Shown here piece by piece: positions 46,262 through 55,922 of a DNA stretch of 64,000 nucleotides. The stretch covers positions 55,269 through 119,268 of the forward strand of contig JAZQAZ010000047.1 of NCBI GenBank assembly GCA_045545475.1. Reading direction: 5' to 3'. Numbering within the stretch: the stretch's first letter is position 1; the number at the start of each line of letters is the position of its first letter. The notes beneath the pieces were generated by a model. That model was not told where the DNA came from. It saw only the letters and a list, made by a program, of their open reading frames with translations, and ran no database searches. This stretch comes from Clostridia bacterium (GTDB taxonomy: Bacteria > Bacillota > Clostridia > CAKSNL01 > HGM11501). The translations under genes and the position numbers were made by a program.

Positions 46262-47263
46262 ATGGATTCAAATAAAAGACCCGATACAATGGCACGCATT
46301 ACCACAAAGGAACTGGCGGACAGTTTTATAGAAGAACAGGTGGCACTTGTTCGTGAGCAGGTTGGCGACAAAAAGGTACTCCTTGCCTTATCCGGCGGAG
46401 TTGACTCTTCTGTTGTTGCAGCACTTTTAATTAAAGCTATAGGAAAACAGCTTTACTGTGTACACGTTAATCACGGACTTATGCGTAAGGATGAGTCTGA
46501 AAACGTAATCAAAGTTTTTAAGGACGAGCTTGATGCAAACCTTATCTATGTTGATGCGACAGACCGTTTCTTAAATCTTCTTGCAGGCGTGGCAGAGCCC
46601 GAAAGAAAGAGAAAAATCATCGGTGCGGAGTTCATTAATGTATTTGCCGACGAAGCAAGAAAGCTTGAAGGTATTTCATTCCTTGCCCAGGGCACAATTT
46701 ATCCCGATATACTTGAAAGTGTAAAGCAGGCAGAAGGCAAGAAGGCAGTAAAGAGCCATCATAATGTTGGCGGTCTTCCCGAGGACTTGAAGTTCAGCTT
46801 AGTTGAGCCCTTAAAGCTTCTTTTCAAGGACGAGGTAAGAGTGGTTGGTGAGGCACTCGGTCTTCCGCATGCTATGGTTTACCGTCAGCCGTTCCCCGGC
46901 CCCGGTCTCGGCGTAAGATGCTTAGGTGCAATCACCCGTGACAGATTGGCTGCTCTTCGTGAAGCCGATGCAATTTTAAGAGACGAATTTGACAAGTGCG
47001 GACTTGCTGAAAAGGTATGGCAGTATTTCGTGGTTGTTCCCGATATGACAAGTGTCGGAGTAAAGGATGAAAGCCGCTACGAAGGATGGCCTGCAATTAT
47101 CCGTGCCGTAAATACAAAGGATGCTATGACAGCAACAATCGAAGAAATTCCTTACAGCGTTCTTCATAAGATAACAGAAAGAATCACATCCGAAGTACCC
47201 GGTATCAACCGTGTGCTTATGGACCTCACTCCCAAGCCCACAGGCACAATCGAGTGGGAATAA
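46262..47263 (+). CDS. guaA: GMP synthase, ATP-pyrophosphatase subunit only (no glutaminase domain)
   Basis: SGGVDSSV, QGTIYPD, KSHHNVGG, QPFPGPGL and KPTGTIEWE motifs; begins without the GATase domain. Confidence 0.9.
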   Translation: MDSNKRPDTMARITTKELADSFIEEQVALVREQVGDKKVLLALSGGVDSSVVAALLIKAIGKQLYCVHVNHGLMRKDESENVIKVFKDELDANLIYVDATDRFLNLLAGVAEPERKRKIIGAEFINVFADEARKLEGISFLAQGTIYPDILESVKQAEGKKAVKSHHNVGGLPEDLKFSLVEPLKLLFKDEVRVVGEALGLPHAMVYRQPFPGPGLGVRCLGAITRDRLAALREADAILRDEFDKCGLAEKVWQYFVVVPDMTSVGVKDESRYEGWPAIIRAVNTKDAMTATIEEIPYSVLHKITERITSEVPGINRVLMDLTPKPTGTIEWE

Positions 47264-47363
47264 TCCGAAACACTCGAAAAAGCCTTATTTTATAGGGCTT
47301 TCGGTGATGTGAAAGGTATTTTGACAACACTCCATTTTGGCTGATACAACTTGATATTAAACG

Positions 47364-47398
47364 AAAATGCTCTGCTTTTTAAGGCAGAGCATTTTTTA
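47364..47398. terminator. Bidirectional terminator
   Basis: AAAATGCTCTGC/GCAGAGCATTTT inverted repeat. Confidence 0.7.
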
Positions 47399-47411
47399 TC
47401 GGTATCAAGGT

Positions 47412-47755
47412 TTAGTCTTTTATCTTCGCAATCAGTTCAACCAGATATGTGATGTTTTCGAGTACATCATCTTCCTGCCCTATATGTTCGATTCTTTTTA
47501 GTTCCTCTGTCAGTTCCGTTAGATACTGACAGAGGATTTTTAGAATACGACTATTAGGGTGAATTGTGATGTCCTCACACATCAAGAGTTAAGCTGTTTT
47601 CGTCAACAGCATTCCAATTAGCAGATTTGTTCTCAATGATCCGTAGGATTTCTTTTCGTTCGAATGCATCTAAAATGGATATTTTTTCTGCAATAAGAAC
47701 TGCAAATTCTTGTTCTGACATATCCTCTAAATTATCTACAGTATCCAAGGCTTTT
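47412..47755 (-). pseudogene. Probable gene remnant(s): two short overlapping helical ORFs
   Basis: 56-aa ORF 47582-47412 (MCEDITIHPNSRILKILCQYL...) overlaps the stop of an ORF fragment ending at 47575 that has no good start. Confidence 0.35.
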
Positions 47756-48784
47756 TTATACCATACTATTAAAGACTTTATAGCTTTTTTCAGCATAAAA
47801 TTTATGTCCGTGTTCACCCACAACGTGAGCAATGTTTTCCGGGCAGCCGGCACATTCGTAAAGCTTTTTAGCAATAGCCATAGATTCCTCAGCACCTTCT
47901 ATTAAAAAACCGAAATCCAGTTGACCGGATACGGCCACGAGTTTTCTTGGAGCAATCAATCCAGCCAGATCGCCCATATCGAAATATCTTGCAATCCCCT
48001 GAATATAATTGCAGGGGCAGTGCTTTAGTCCGATTGTGGAATGACGGAATGTGCAGACAGCACAGGAAGGCATAACAGCCTTTATACGTTCGTCCATACA
48101 GGCTGAATAAAATGCCGCAGTCCCTCCGCCTGAGTGGCCCATGAGGCAAACATTCTCCATATCAAGAAATGGGAACTCTGCTTCTAAAACATCAATTAAT
48201 CTTGAAACATCCCACACTCTTTCGCCTATGGCAGTTCTTCCTAAAGCAAGGTAGGATAAAACTGACATTTTATATTCGGCACTCCAGTCAGTGTGACAGC
48301 CGGGACCTTTATCCGTTCCTCCGCATTCACCCATAAAGCGTTGTTCCATTAAAACGGGGCAGTAGCCGTTATCAAGAGCGTACTTTGCGAGGTATTGCTC
48401 GTCATGGCCGATTAAAGCATCATCCATAGGGTATTTTGAAATGCCGAGGGAAATATGCATTCCGGTGGAATGCCCCTGAAGGCATATCATGGGCTTTATT
48501 TTTCCTTCTATACAGTGGGGAACTCTTATGACACAAAGGGGATAATACCCATCCTCGCTTTGAAAAGAAAAGCGTATTTCTTTATAGTTATCTGTTTCCT
48601 TTTCGTCTTCAATAAGAAAATCCGGGTCACATTTTTTCATAAGATTAAGACCTAAAAGCTCTGAAAGCTTATCTTTTGCTCTTTTCTGCCAAAGGAAAAA
48701 ATTCTCCTTTCCGTCATATCGCATTTCCGGAATGGCGGATTCCGCAAGACGCATATAATGAACCTTAGGGTTGTGATTTCTCAT
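47756..48784 (-). CDS. Alpha/beta hydrolase (acetyl-xylan esterase / dienelactone hydrolase-like)
   Basis: CLQGH, GERVWD, GHSGGG nucleophile elbow, LIAPR and GH.F motifs. Confidence 0.88.
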   Translation of the reverse strand: MRNHNPKVHYMRLAESAIPEMRYDGKENFFLWQKRAKDKLSELLGLNLMKKCDPDFLIEDEKETDNYKEIRFSFQSEDGYYPLCVIRVPHCIEGKIKPMICLQGHSTGMHISLGISKYPMDDALIGHDEQYLAKYALDNGYCPVLMEQRFMGECGGTDKGPGCHTDWSAEYKMSVLSYLALGRTAIGERVWDVSRLIDVLEAEFPFLDMENVCLMGHSGGGTAAFYSACMDERIKAVMPSCAVCTFRHSTIGLKHCPCNYIQGIARYFDMGDLAGLIAPRKLVAVSGQLDFGFLIEGAEESMAIAKKLYECAGCPENIAHVVGEHGHKFYAEKSYKVFNSMV

Positions 48785-48843
48785 AATAATTCTCCTTTCT
48801 GCAATATAACTACTGATTAGGTTAGCATAAAAAAATTTGGTTG

Positions 48844-49545
48844 TCAATGATTTTTGCGATATTCCGCAGGAGAGGCTCCGAAGTGTTTCTTGAATGCTTC
48901 GGAAAAGCGGCTTTGACTTGAAAATCCCACAGCCAGAGCGATGTCCATAATGCTTTTGTTATCATCTTTCATAAGCAATTCGGCTTTTTCCATGCGATGA
49001 ATGTTTATGTGTGATGCCAGCGACGTTCCGTAAACATTCTTGAATGTTTCTTTAAGCGTGGTTTGGTTTATCAGGAAAATTTTTGAAAGGGTTTCAATAG
49101 TAATGCGTTCGTTGAGATGCTTAATAAGATATTCGTGAACATCTTCTGCTATTTCCTCAGGTGATTTTTCGGATAAGTTTTTTTCAGAGGGGCAGGTTGT
49201 TTTAAGCATCTTTTCCGTAATCTTATGAAGAGAGCGGCTTATTTCCGTATCGGCTGCTTTATAATAAACTTCTTTTCCGTGCCGGTGGCTTTCAATAAGT
49301 CCCGCCTTTTTCAGTATTACAAGATGATGGGAAACGGCAGGGCTGGACATAGAAGTTAAGGCGGATATATTTATCACACATTCTTCACGATGAAATAAAA
49401 GCCATAGAATTTTAAGGCGGGAAGAGTCTGACAGAATCTTGAAAATCTCCGATGAGGAAATGAATTTACTGCTGTTGGAAAGTTCGGAATGTATTTTGGC
49501 GATATTTCCGCTTTTTCCGTGATCGTGGGGGAGATTAAATGACAT
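48844..49545 (-). CDS. ArsR/SmtB-AraC HTH fusion regulator
   Basis: FKILSDSSRLKIL...CV...SPAVSHHL...GKEVYY followed by AraC-type VGFSSQSRFSEAFKKHFG. Confidence 0.85.
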   Translation of the reverse strand: MSFNLPHDHGKSGNIAKIHSELSNSSKFISSSEIFKILSDSSRLKILWLLFHREECVINISALTSMSSPAVSHHLVILKKAGLIESHRHGKEVYYKAADTEISRSLHKITEKMLKTTCPSEKNLSEKSPEEIAEDVHEYLIKHLNERITIETLSKIFLINQTTLKETFKNVYGTSLASHINIHRMEKAELLMKDDNKSIMDIALAVGFSSQSRFSEAFKKHFGASPAEYRKNH

Positions 49546-49640
49546 ATCGCTTTCTCCTTTTTGGAAATTTTATTTGCTTAATCGGACGTAAAGTCTCAGG
49601 TTGTATTGATTTTATCCTGTAAATAGTATATTATAAAATA

Positions 49641-49666
49641 AACAATTAAGCAAGTATTTAATTGTT
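49641..49666. promoter_or_regulatory. Putative ArsR/CadC-type operator
   Basis: AACAATTAA-GCAAGTAT-TTAATTGTT palindrome just before the RBS of the metal-efflux genes. Confidence 0.6.
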
Positions 49667-49682
49667 AAAAAGGAGGATTAGT

Positions 49683-49901
49683 ATGAAAAAAATATACGAA
49701 ATCGAAGTGGACTGTGCTAATTGTGCGGCTTTGGTGGAAGAAGCGTCAGGAAAAGTGGAAGGCGTGAAAGAATGTACGGTAAATTTTATAACACAGAAAA
49801 TGACAGTTGAATTCATGGACGGTGCGGACGAAAAAAAGGTGATGAAGGCCATATTAAAGGCAGCAAGAAAGGTCGAACCGGATTGCGAAATAGAATTTTA
49901 A
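49683..49901 (+). CDS. Heavy-metal-associated (HMA) domain protein
   Basis: VDCANCA motif, 72 aa; RBS AGGAGG. Confidence 0.9.
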   Translation: MKKIYEIEVDCANCAALVEEASGKVEGVKECTVNFITQKMTVEFMDGADEKKVMKAILKAARKVEPDCEIEF

Positions 49902-49914
49902 GCGGGGCGAAGAC

Positions 49915-51792
49915 ATGAAGAAAAAACATAAGAAAATGCTTATGAGAATCTTGCTTTCTGCAATTTTGACGGTAATTCTGAATATAGTGCCTGTTGATGG
50001 GACACTCAGACTTATTCTCTTTTTGGGAATTTACATTCTGATAAGTTATGATATCCTGAGAAAATGTTTCAAAGGAATGCTGAACGGAAGATTCATGGAT
50101 GAAAACTTTCTTATGACTGTGGCAACGCTTGGAGCATTTGCCATTGCACTTTATGAAAAAAGCGGAGATTATAACGAGGCAATTGCTGTTATGCTTCTTT
50201 ATCAGACGGGAGAACTTTTTCAGGCCATGGCGGTTGCAAAAAGCAGGAAGAGCATAGGGGAACTTATGGATATCCGCCCCGACGTTGCAAACATGGGAAA
50301 AGACGGTGAATATATTAAAGTATCTCCGGAAGAGGTTAGCCCCGGAAGTATTATAACGGTTTTCCCGGGAGAGAAAATTCCCCTTGACGGAGTTATACAA
50401 GAAGGTAAAAGTGAAATTGATACAAAAGCTTTAACCGGAGAGAGTTTGCCTAAAGGCGTATCGACCGGAGATGAAGTGGTAAGCGGATGCATAAACCTTA
50501 CCGGAGTATTAAAAATCCGCACAACAAAAAGTTTTGGAGAATCCACTGTTTCCAAAATTCTTGAATTGGTGGAAAATGCGTCAATGAGAAAGGCTAAAAC
50601 GGAAAAATTTATATCAAAGTTTGCGAAAATCTATACTCCGATAGTTTGTATTTCGGCACTTTTGCTTGGCGTTTTACCGCCTGTGGTTATATTTCTTACG
50701 AAGGGAAGCACGGATTTTATAACATGGATTTACAGAGCACTTACCTTTCTTGTAATAAGCTGCCCCTGTGCTCTTGTGATAAGTGTTCCTCTTAGCTTTT
50801 TTGCGGGAATAGGAGGAGCAAGCCGAGAGGGGATACTTGTAAAGGGTGCTTCGTTTATTGAAAGCATTGCTAAAATAAAGTATGTGGTTTTCGATAAAAC
50901 AGGAACATTGACAGAAGGGAAATTTTTCGTGACCGAAATAGTGGCGAAGGGCATAGAAGAAAATATGCTGACAGAATGTGCGGCCCATGCAGAAAGCTTT
51001 TCCAATCACCCTATAGCAAAAAGCATAGTATCCCGATATGAAAGTGAAATAGATTTGTCTCGTATAAGCAATGTATCGGAGATAACCGGGGAAGGAATAA
51101 CGGCTGTATTTGACGGTCATGAGGTTGCTTTCGGAAACAGTCGGCTTGCAAAAAGACTTGGGATAGAAATTGATGAATCAAAGGACGGTAAAACAACGGT
51201 ATATGCTTTTATAGACGGCAGGTACAAAGGTGCGTTTTATGTAGCAGATTGCCTTAAGGATACGGCCAAAGAAGCAATCTTGAGCCTAAGGAAGCTTGGA
51301 GTCAAAAAGTGTATTATGCTGACAGGCGACCGTGAAACGGAGGCAAAGGAAATTGCTAATGAAGCATCTCTTGACCACTATGAAAGCGAGCTTTTGCCTG
51401 ATGACAAGGTTGATTTTGTCGGAAAGATTATTTCTCTGGTAAAGAAAGACGAGAAGGTTGCCTTTGTCGGAGACGGAATAAATGATGCACCGGTTTTATC
51501 CATGGCAGATATTGGCATTGCCATGGGAGCAATGGGAAGCGATGCGGCAATTGAAGCTTCGGATGTTGTCATCATGGATGATGATCCTTTGAAGATTTCG
51601 CGGGCCATGAAAATAGCTAAAAAATGCATAAGGATAGTTAAAGAAAACATAGTGTTTTCGCTTTCGGTAAAACTTTTGTGCCTTGTTTTTGTGGCATTTG
51701 GTTTTGCTGATATGTGGCTTGGAATCTTTGCCGATGTGGGCGTAATGGTACTGGCGGTTCTTAACTCCATAAGGGCATTTAAAGTGAAATAA
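49915..51792 (+). CDS. cadA: Cd/Zn-translocating P1B-type ATPase
   Basis: TGES, SCPCAL, DKTGT, SNHP, GDGIND and FADVG motifs. Confidence 0.92.
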   Translation: MKKKHKKMLMRILLSAILTVILNIVPVDGTLRLILFLGIYILISYDILRKCFKGMLNGRFMDENFLMTVATLGAFAIALYEKSGDYNEAIAVMLLYQTGELFQAMAVAKSRKSIGELMDIRPDVANMGKDGEYIKVSPEEVSPGSIITVFPGEKIPLDGVIQEGKSEIDTKALTGESLPKGVSTGDEVVSGCINLTGVLKIRTTKSFGESTVSKILELVENASMRKAKTEKFISKFAKIYTPIVCISALLLGVLPPVVIFLTKGSTDFITWIYRALTFLVISCPCALVISVPLSFFAGIGGASREGILVKGASFIESIAKIKYVVFDKTGTLTEGKFFVTEIVAKGIEENMLTECAAHAESFSNHPIAKSIVSRYESEIDLSRISNVSEITGEGITAVFDGHEVAFGNSRLAKRLGIEIDESKDGKTTVYAFIDGRYKGAFYVADCLKDTAKEAILSLRKLGVKKCIMLTGDRETEAKEIANEASLDHYESELLPDDKVDFVGKIISLVKKDEKVAFVGDGINDAPVLSMADIGIAMGAMGSDAAIEASDVVIMDDDPLKISRAMKIAKKCIRIVKENIVFSLSVKLLCLVFVAFGFADMWLGIFADVGVMVLAVLNSIRAFKVK

Positions 51793-51799
51793 TAATTTT

Positions 51800-51840
51800 A
51801 TAGTACAAAAACCCATAGATGGTTTTTGTACTATTTTTTT
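51800..51840 (+). terminator. Intrinsic terminator
   Basis: ATAGTACAAAAACC/GGTTTTTGTACTAT plus T tract. Confidence 0.75.
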
Positions 51841-51881
51841 AAAGTATGCATAGTATTTAAATGAATAAAGGAGGAATCAGA

Positions 51882-52166
51882 ATGGAAGAAAAAAGAGTAA
51901 TGCAAAAGGTAAGTCATAATGTAATAATGGAAGGACGTAAAAAACTTTCTGTAAGTGCAGTGGAAGAAGTGGGAGCTTTTGACGACAGCTCTGTAACATT
52001 AAAAACCGCCATGGGAACGCTTACGGTAAAAGGCGGAAAGCTAAAAATTAATAAGCTGAGCGTGGAAACAGGTGACGTGGATATAGAAGGAGAAATTAAT
52101 TCATGCTCATACAAGGCGGAGGAAACGGACAGCACGAAAGGATTTTTCGGAAAGATATTCAAGTGA
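51882..52166 (+). CDS. yabP: Sporulation protein YabP
   Basis: HNVIMEGRKKLSVSAV.EV..FD...T.MG.L.VKG..L.I..L; gene order with yabQ and divIC. Confidence 0.9.
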   Translation: MEEKRVMQKVSHNVIMEGRKKLSVSAVEEVGAFDDSSVTLKTAMGTLTVKGGKLKINKLSVETGDVDIEGEINSCSYKAEETDSTKGFFGKIFK

Positions 52167-52172
52167 TAAAAA

Positions 52173-52661
52173 ATGAGTGACAGAGAAGGCTTTGTATTTG
52201 CAAATTGTCTTTTATCCGGAGTAGGCTCCGGATTACTTTTTGATATTTTTAGAATAATAAGAAAAAGCTTTAAGAAAGAACGCTATATAACAAACTTTTG
52301 CGACGGACTATTTTGGACAGTATATACAGTGTTGTTCATATGGTGGATATTTGATGTAAACGACGGACAACTTCGTTGGTATATCTTTGCGGGAATGATT
52401 TTCGGGGGAACTGTATACTTTGCGATATTTAGCCGTTTTTTTGTTCCGGTGGGAGTGTTTTTGCTGAAAGTAATCGGAAAAACGGTTAAAATATCTGTTT
52501 TAATACTTCTGTTTCCCTTAAAGTTTATATTAAAATTTACCGGTAGCTTTTTCATAGTTGTGTTCACGCCTCTGAGTAAACTGATTAAAAAAATTAATAT
52601 GTTGGGTCGTTTTACGGCACGTATCAGAAAAAAAGAACAAATTTTATGTAAAAAAATATAA
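52173..52661 (+). CDS. yabQ: Spore cortex protein YabQ
   Basis: GLLFDIFRIIR, D.LFW and NDGQLRWY motifs. Confidence 0.88.
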   Translation: MSDREGFVFANCLLSGVGSGLLFDIFRIIRKSFKKERYITNFCDGLFWTVYTVLFIWWIFDVNDGQLRWYIFAGMIFGGTVYFAIFSRFFVPVGVFLLKVIGKTVKISVLILLFPLKFILKFTGSFFIVVFTPLSKLIKKINMLGRFTARIRKKEQILCKKI

Positions 52662-52745
52662 AAAAACTTAAAAAAAGGCTTTACAAGAAGCTTTGAGTGG
52701 TATATAATATTTTAAAATATGCAAAATTTTTACTGAGGAGAAAAT

Positions 52746-53015
52746 ATGAAAAAGCGCTTGTTTATATATATCCTGACAGGTCTTTTGCTTGTATATTTTG
52801 TCGGAATGCTTATTTCACAGCAGATTAAAATAAATGAGAGAGAAAAAGAAATTGGCATACTCCAGTCGGAGATAGACGAAATTAAAGAAGAAAGCGAAAA
52901 ACTAAGGAAAGAAATTGAAAATGCTGAAAGTAGGGAAACCATTGAAGCCATTGCCAGAGAGGAACTGGGGTTGGTTTATCCTGATGAAAGAAAGTTTGTT
53001 GATTCAAACGGCTGA
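52746..53015 (+). CDS. divIC: Septum formation initiator (DivIC/FtsB)
   Basis: TM helix plus coiled coil plus IEAIAREELGLVYPDE. Confidence 0.85.
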   Translation: MKKRLFIYILTGLLLVYFVGMLISQQIKINEREKEIGILQSEIDEIKEESEKLRKEIENAESRETIEAIAREELGLVYPDERKFVDSNG

Positions 53016-53059
53016 TGTCGTTTATATACATGAGATAATTTATGGGAGGAGCAGTTTCC

Positions 53060-53488
53060 GTGGAGTTGGAATTGGGGAAAATAGTAGATGGCAAGGTATC
53101 AGGTATCACTGCATTCGGAGCTTTTGTTGAGCTTCCGGGCGGAAAGTCGGGACTTGTACATATTTCAGAGGTTTCAAGAGATTATGTAAAGGACATTAAC
53201 GAGCATCTTAAGGTAGGAGATGCCGTAAGGGTGAAAATCACCAACATTGATCCTAACGGAAAAATAGGATTGTCCATCAAAAAGGCACAGGAAGAAGAAA
53301 GAAAGAAAAAGTATGTGTTTTCCGGAGTGCCCGCAGAGTTTTCTTTTGGTGCGGATAAGGGAGAGGACTTGTCCTTCGAAGATAAGCTTGCAAAATTTAA
53401 GCAGGATTCCACAGACCGTATGCAGGATGTAAAAAAAGCGGCAGAGAACAGAAGGACGGGATATAAAAAGCCCTCAGGCAATTATTGA
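53060..53488 (+). CDS. S1 RNA-binding domain protein (YabR-like)
   Basis: GKVSGITAFGAFVEL...GLVHISEV; GTG start after GGAGGA. Confidence 0.9.
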   Translation: MELELGKIVDGKVSGITAFGAFVELPGGKSGLVHISEVSRDYVKDINEHLKVGDAVRVKITNIDPNGKIGLSIKKAQEEERKKKYVFSGVPAEFSFGADKGEDLSFEDKLAKFKQDSTDRMQDVKKAAENRRTGYKKPSGNY

Positions 53489-53633
53489 TAATGATTTACA
53501 TAGGACGTGCAGATAAAATGCACGTCTTTTTTTGTATTTTATTCTAATTTATTATTGACTTAAGAGTTTTTTTATGTTAAAATTCATATAAGCGATTATG
53601 CTGATATTAAAGAAATTTTTAGGAGGTATCATC

Positions 53634-54647
53634 ATGAAAAAGTTTTTGGCAATCGTATTAACAGTAGCAATGCTTTTCGCTATGGGTGCAGCAGTACTCG
53701 CAGCTGAAGAGGCTAAGGCTGATGCAGCAAAGCCCGCAGTTGTAGAACCCGGCGAAGGCGAAGAAACAAAGCGTCCTAACGACTCTGCTTCAGTAGTTCA
53801 GTACTTCCAGGGTAAGGACAAGAGAATGTGGGCTTACTTTGAAGCTGAAGACGCAGAAGTTATCGACGGTGCAAAGGTTAATTCCGACCATGAAGGCTAT
53901 AACGGCACAGGTTGCGTAGCTATGACATGCTGGAAGACAAACCCCGAAGCAACACCCGGTATCAAATTTACCGTAAATGCAGTTGTTGCAGGTGCACAGG
54001 ATATTTACATAGGTTATGACAACGGTCACGCATGGGCACAGAGTGCAAACCTTACAGTTAACGGTGCTGCTGCACAGAAGATTTACTTCCCCACAGTTAA
54101 GAAGGATGTTTGGGCAGCTTACGGCATGATTAAGTTAAACGTTACACTTAATGCAGGTGAAAACACAATTGTACTTCAGTATGACAAGGCTGACTATCCC
54201 TCCAGCTTCAACATTGACTTTGTTGCAGTTTCCAAGGGCGACACATGGAAGGACGAAGCAAGTGCGATTAAGCTTACAATCGGCAGCAAGACAATTACAA
54301 AGGTAACCGAAAACGGCGAAGTTCCCGTTGAATTTGACGTTGCTCCCATCATTAAGGATGACCGTACTTTCGTTCCTGTAAGAGGTATCTTTGAAATTGC
54401 CGGAGCTACAATCGAGTGGAATGGCGATACAAGAGCCGCTACTGTAAAAACAGACGCTGCAACAGTTGTTGTTACAATCGACAACAAGCAGGCTCGTGTA
54501 AACGGCAGACGTGTTATGATGGATGCACCTCCCTTCATTCAGGATGGAAGAACCTTAATTCCCTTAAGATTCATCTCTGAAAACCTTGGTTACAAGGTTG
54601 ATTGGGACGGTACTACACAGACAGTTACAATTAATCTCTTTGACTAA
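53634..54647 (+). CDS. Secreted CBM35/CBM6-like plus copper-amine-oxidase N-terminal domain protein
   Basis: Signal peptide; FEAEDA...HEGYNGTG...LNAGENTI...NID; RTFVPVR / RTLIPLRFISENLGYKVDW. Confidence 0.8.
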   Translation: MKKFLAIVLTVAMLFAMGAAVLAAEEAKADAAKPAVVEPGEGEETKRPNDSASVVQYFQGKDKRMWAYFEAEDAEVIDGAKVNSDHEGYNGTGCVAMTCWKTNPEATPGIKFTVNAVVAGAQDIYIGYDNGHAWAQSANLTVNGAAAQKIYFPTVKKDVWAAYGMIKLNVTLNAGENTIVLQYDKADYPSSFNIDFVAVSKGDTWKDEASAIKLTIGSKTITKVTENGEVPVEFDVAPIIKDDRTFVPVRGIFEIAGATIEWNGDTRAATVKTDAATVVVTIDNKQARVNGRRVMMDAPPFIQDGRTLIPLRFISENLGYKVDWDGTTQTVTINLFD

Positions 54648-54656
54648 TTGACAGAT

Positions 54657-54691
54657 AAAAAACCGACAGGCAAAGCCTGTCGGTTTTTTTT
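54657..54691 (+). terminator. Intrinsic terminator
   Basis: AAAAAACCGACAGGC-AAA-GCCTGTCGGTTTTTT. Confidence 0.85.
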
Positions 54692-54766
54692 GCTCTCTGC
54701 CTTGACTTTTTTCCTTGATAGTTATATAATAACTTATTATGAAAATAAAAAGAAGGACTGATTTTT

Positions 54767-55918
54767 ATGGCAAAGGTAGATATATTTTCGGGTTTCTTAG
54801 GTGCGGGTAAAACCACACTTATAAAAAAGCTCATAAAGGAAGCTTACAATGGCGAAAAAGTTGTTTTAATAGAAAACGAATTTGGCGAAATCGGAATTGA
54901 CGGTGGTTTTCTTAAAGAAGCAGGAATTGAAATCACCGAAATGAATTCAGGCTGCATCTGCTGTTCTCTGGTGGGCGATTTCAGCGAAGCACTTGTCAAG
55001 GTGGTAAATGAATTTCATCCCGACAGAATTTTAATCGAGCCCTCAGGCGTTGGCAAACTTTCCGACGTTATAAAGGCTGTTGAAGGAGCAGAATGCGAAG
55101 AGCTTCAGCTTAATGCATTTACCACGGTTGCCGATGTTAAAAAGTGCAAGATGTATATGAAAAACTTCGGTGAGTTTTATAATGACCAGATTAGAAATGC
55201 ACTTTGCATTATCTTAAGCCACACTCAGAGTGCAACTGAAGAAAAAATTGCAGAAAGCATTGCACTCCTCCGTGAGCACAACAAGGATGCGGTTATCGTA
55301 ACAACACCCTGGGATGAACTTACGGGTGAAGCTATTCTCTCTGCGATGGAACATGAAAACACCTTAGAGGCTGCACTTGAAAAGCTTACAAAAGAGGATG
55401 AGTGTCCTGTATGTGGACATCATCACCATCACGAGCACGATGAAGACTGCGAATGCGGATGCCACGACCATGACGAACACGAGCATCATCACGAGCATCA
55501 CCACGACCACGAAGAACACGAGCATCATCATGAGCATCACCACGGCCACGAAGAACACGAACATCATCATGAGCACGGAGAAGATTGCACCTGCGGATGC
55601 CATGACCATGAACACGGACACCACCATCACCATCACGCCGATGAAGTATTCACAAGCTGGGGTGCAGAGACCGGAAGAAAATATACCAAGGAAGAGATTG
55701 AAAACGCTCTTTCATCACTTTCAGATGAAGAACGTTACGGTATAATTCTAAGAGCAAAAGGTATAGTGGCAGGAGAAAACTCCTGGATTCACTACGACTA
55801 TATACCGGGCGAAAGCGACGTAAGAGAAGGCGGAGCGGATATCATCGGAAGAATCTGTGTTATCGGTTCAAATATCAACAAAAAAGCCCTTGCAGAGCTT
55901 TTCAAAGTTAAGGAGTAA
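54767..55918 (+). CDS. CobW/COG0523 metallochaperone GTPase with His-rich insert
   Basis: GFLGAGKTT, ENEFG, GCICC and IEPSG motifs; long His/Glu/Cys tract. Confidence 0.93.
   Translation: MAKVDIFSGFLGAGKTTLIKKLIKEAYNGEKVVLIENEFGEIGIDGGFLKEAGIEITEMNSGCICCSLVGDFSEALVKVVNEFHPDRILIEPSGVGKLSDVIKAVEGAECEELQLNAFTTVADVKKCKMYMKNFGEFYNDQIRNALCIILSHTQSATEEKIAESIALLREHNKDAVIVTTPWDELTGEAILSAMEHENTLEAALEKLTKEDECPVCGHHHHHEHDEDCECGCHDHDEHEHHHEHHHDHEEHEHHHEHHHGHEEHEHHHEHGEDCTCGCHDHEHGHHHHHHADEVFTSWGAETGRKYTKEEIENALSSLSDEERYGIILRAKGIVAGENSWIHYDYIPGESDVREGGADIIGRICVIGSNINKKALAELFKVKE
55478..55576 (+). repeat. 39-bp coding tandem repeat (~2.5 copies; HEHHHEHHHxHEE)
   Basis: CACGAGCATCATCACGAGCATCACCACGACCACGAAGAA repeated with few substitutions. 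Confidence 0.8.
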
Positions 55919-55922
55919 GAGT

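Noticed and set aside
55420-55636. His-rich repeats as a non-coding repeat element
   Set aside because: They are in-frame coding repeats of the CobW insert
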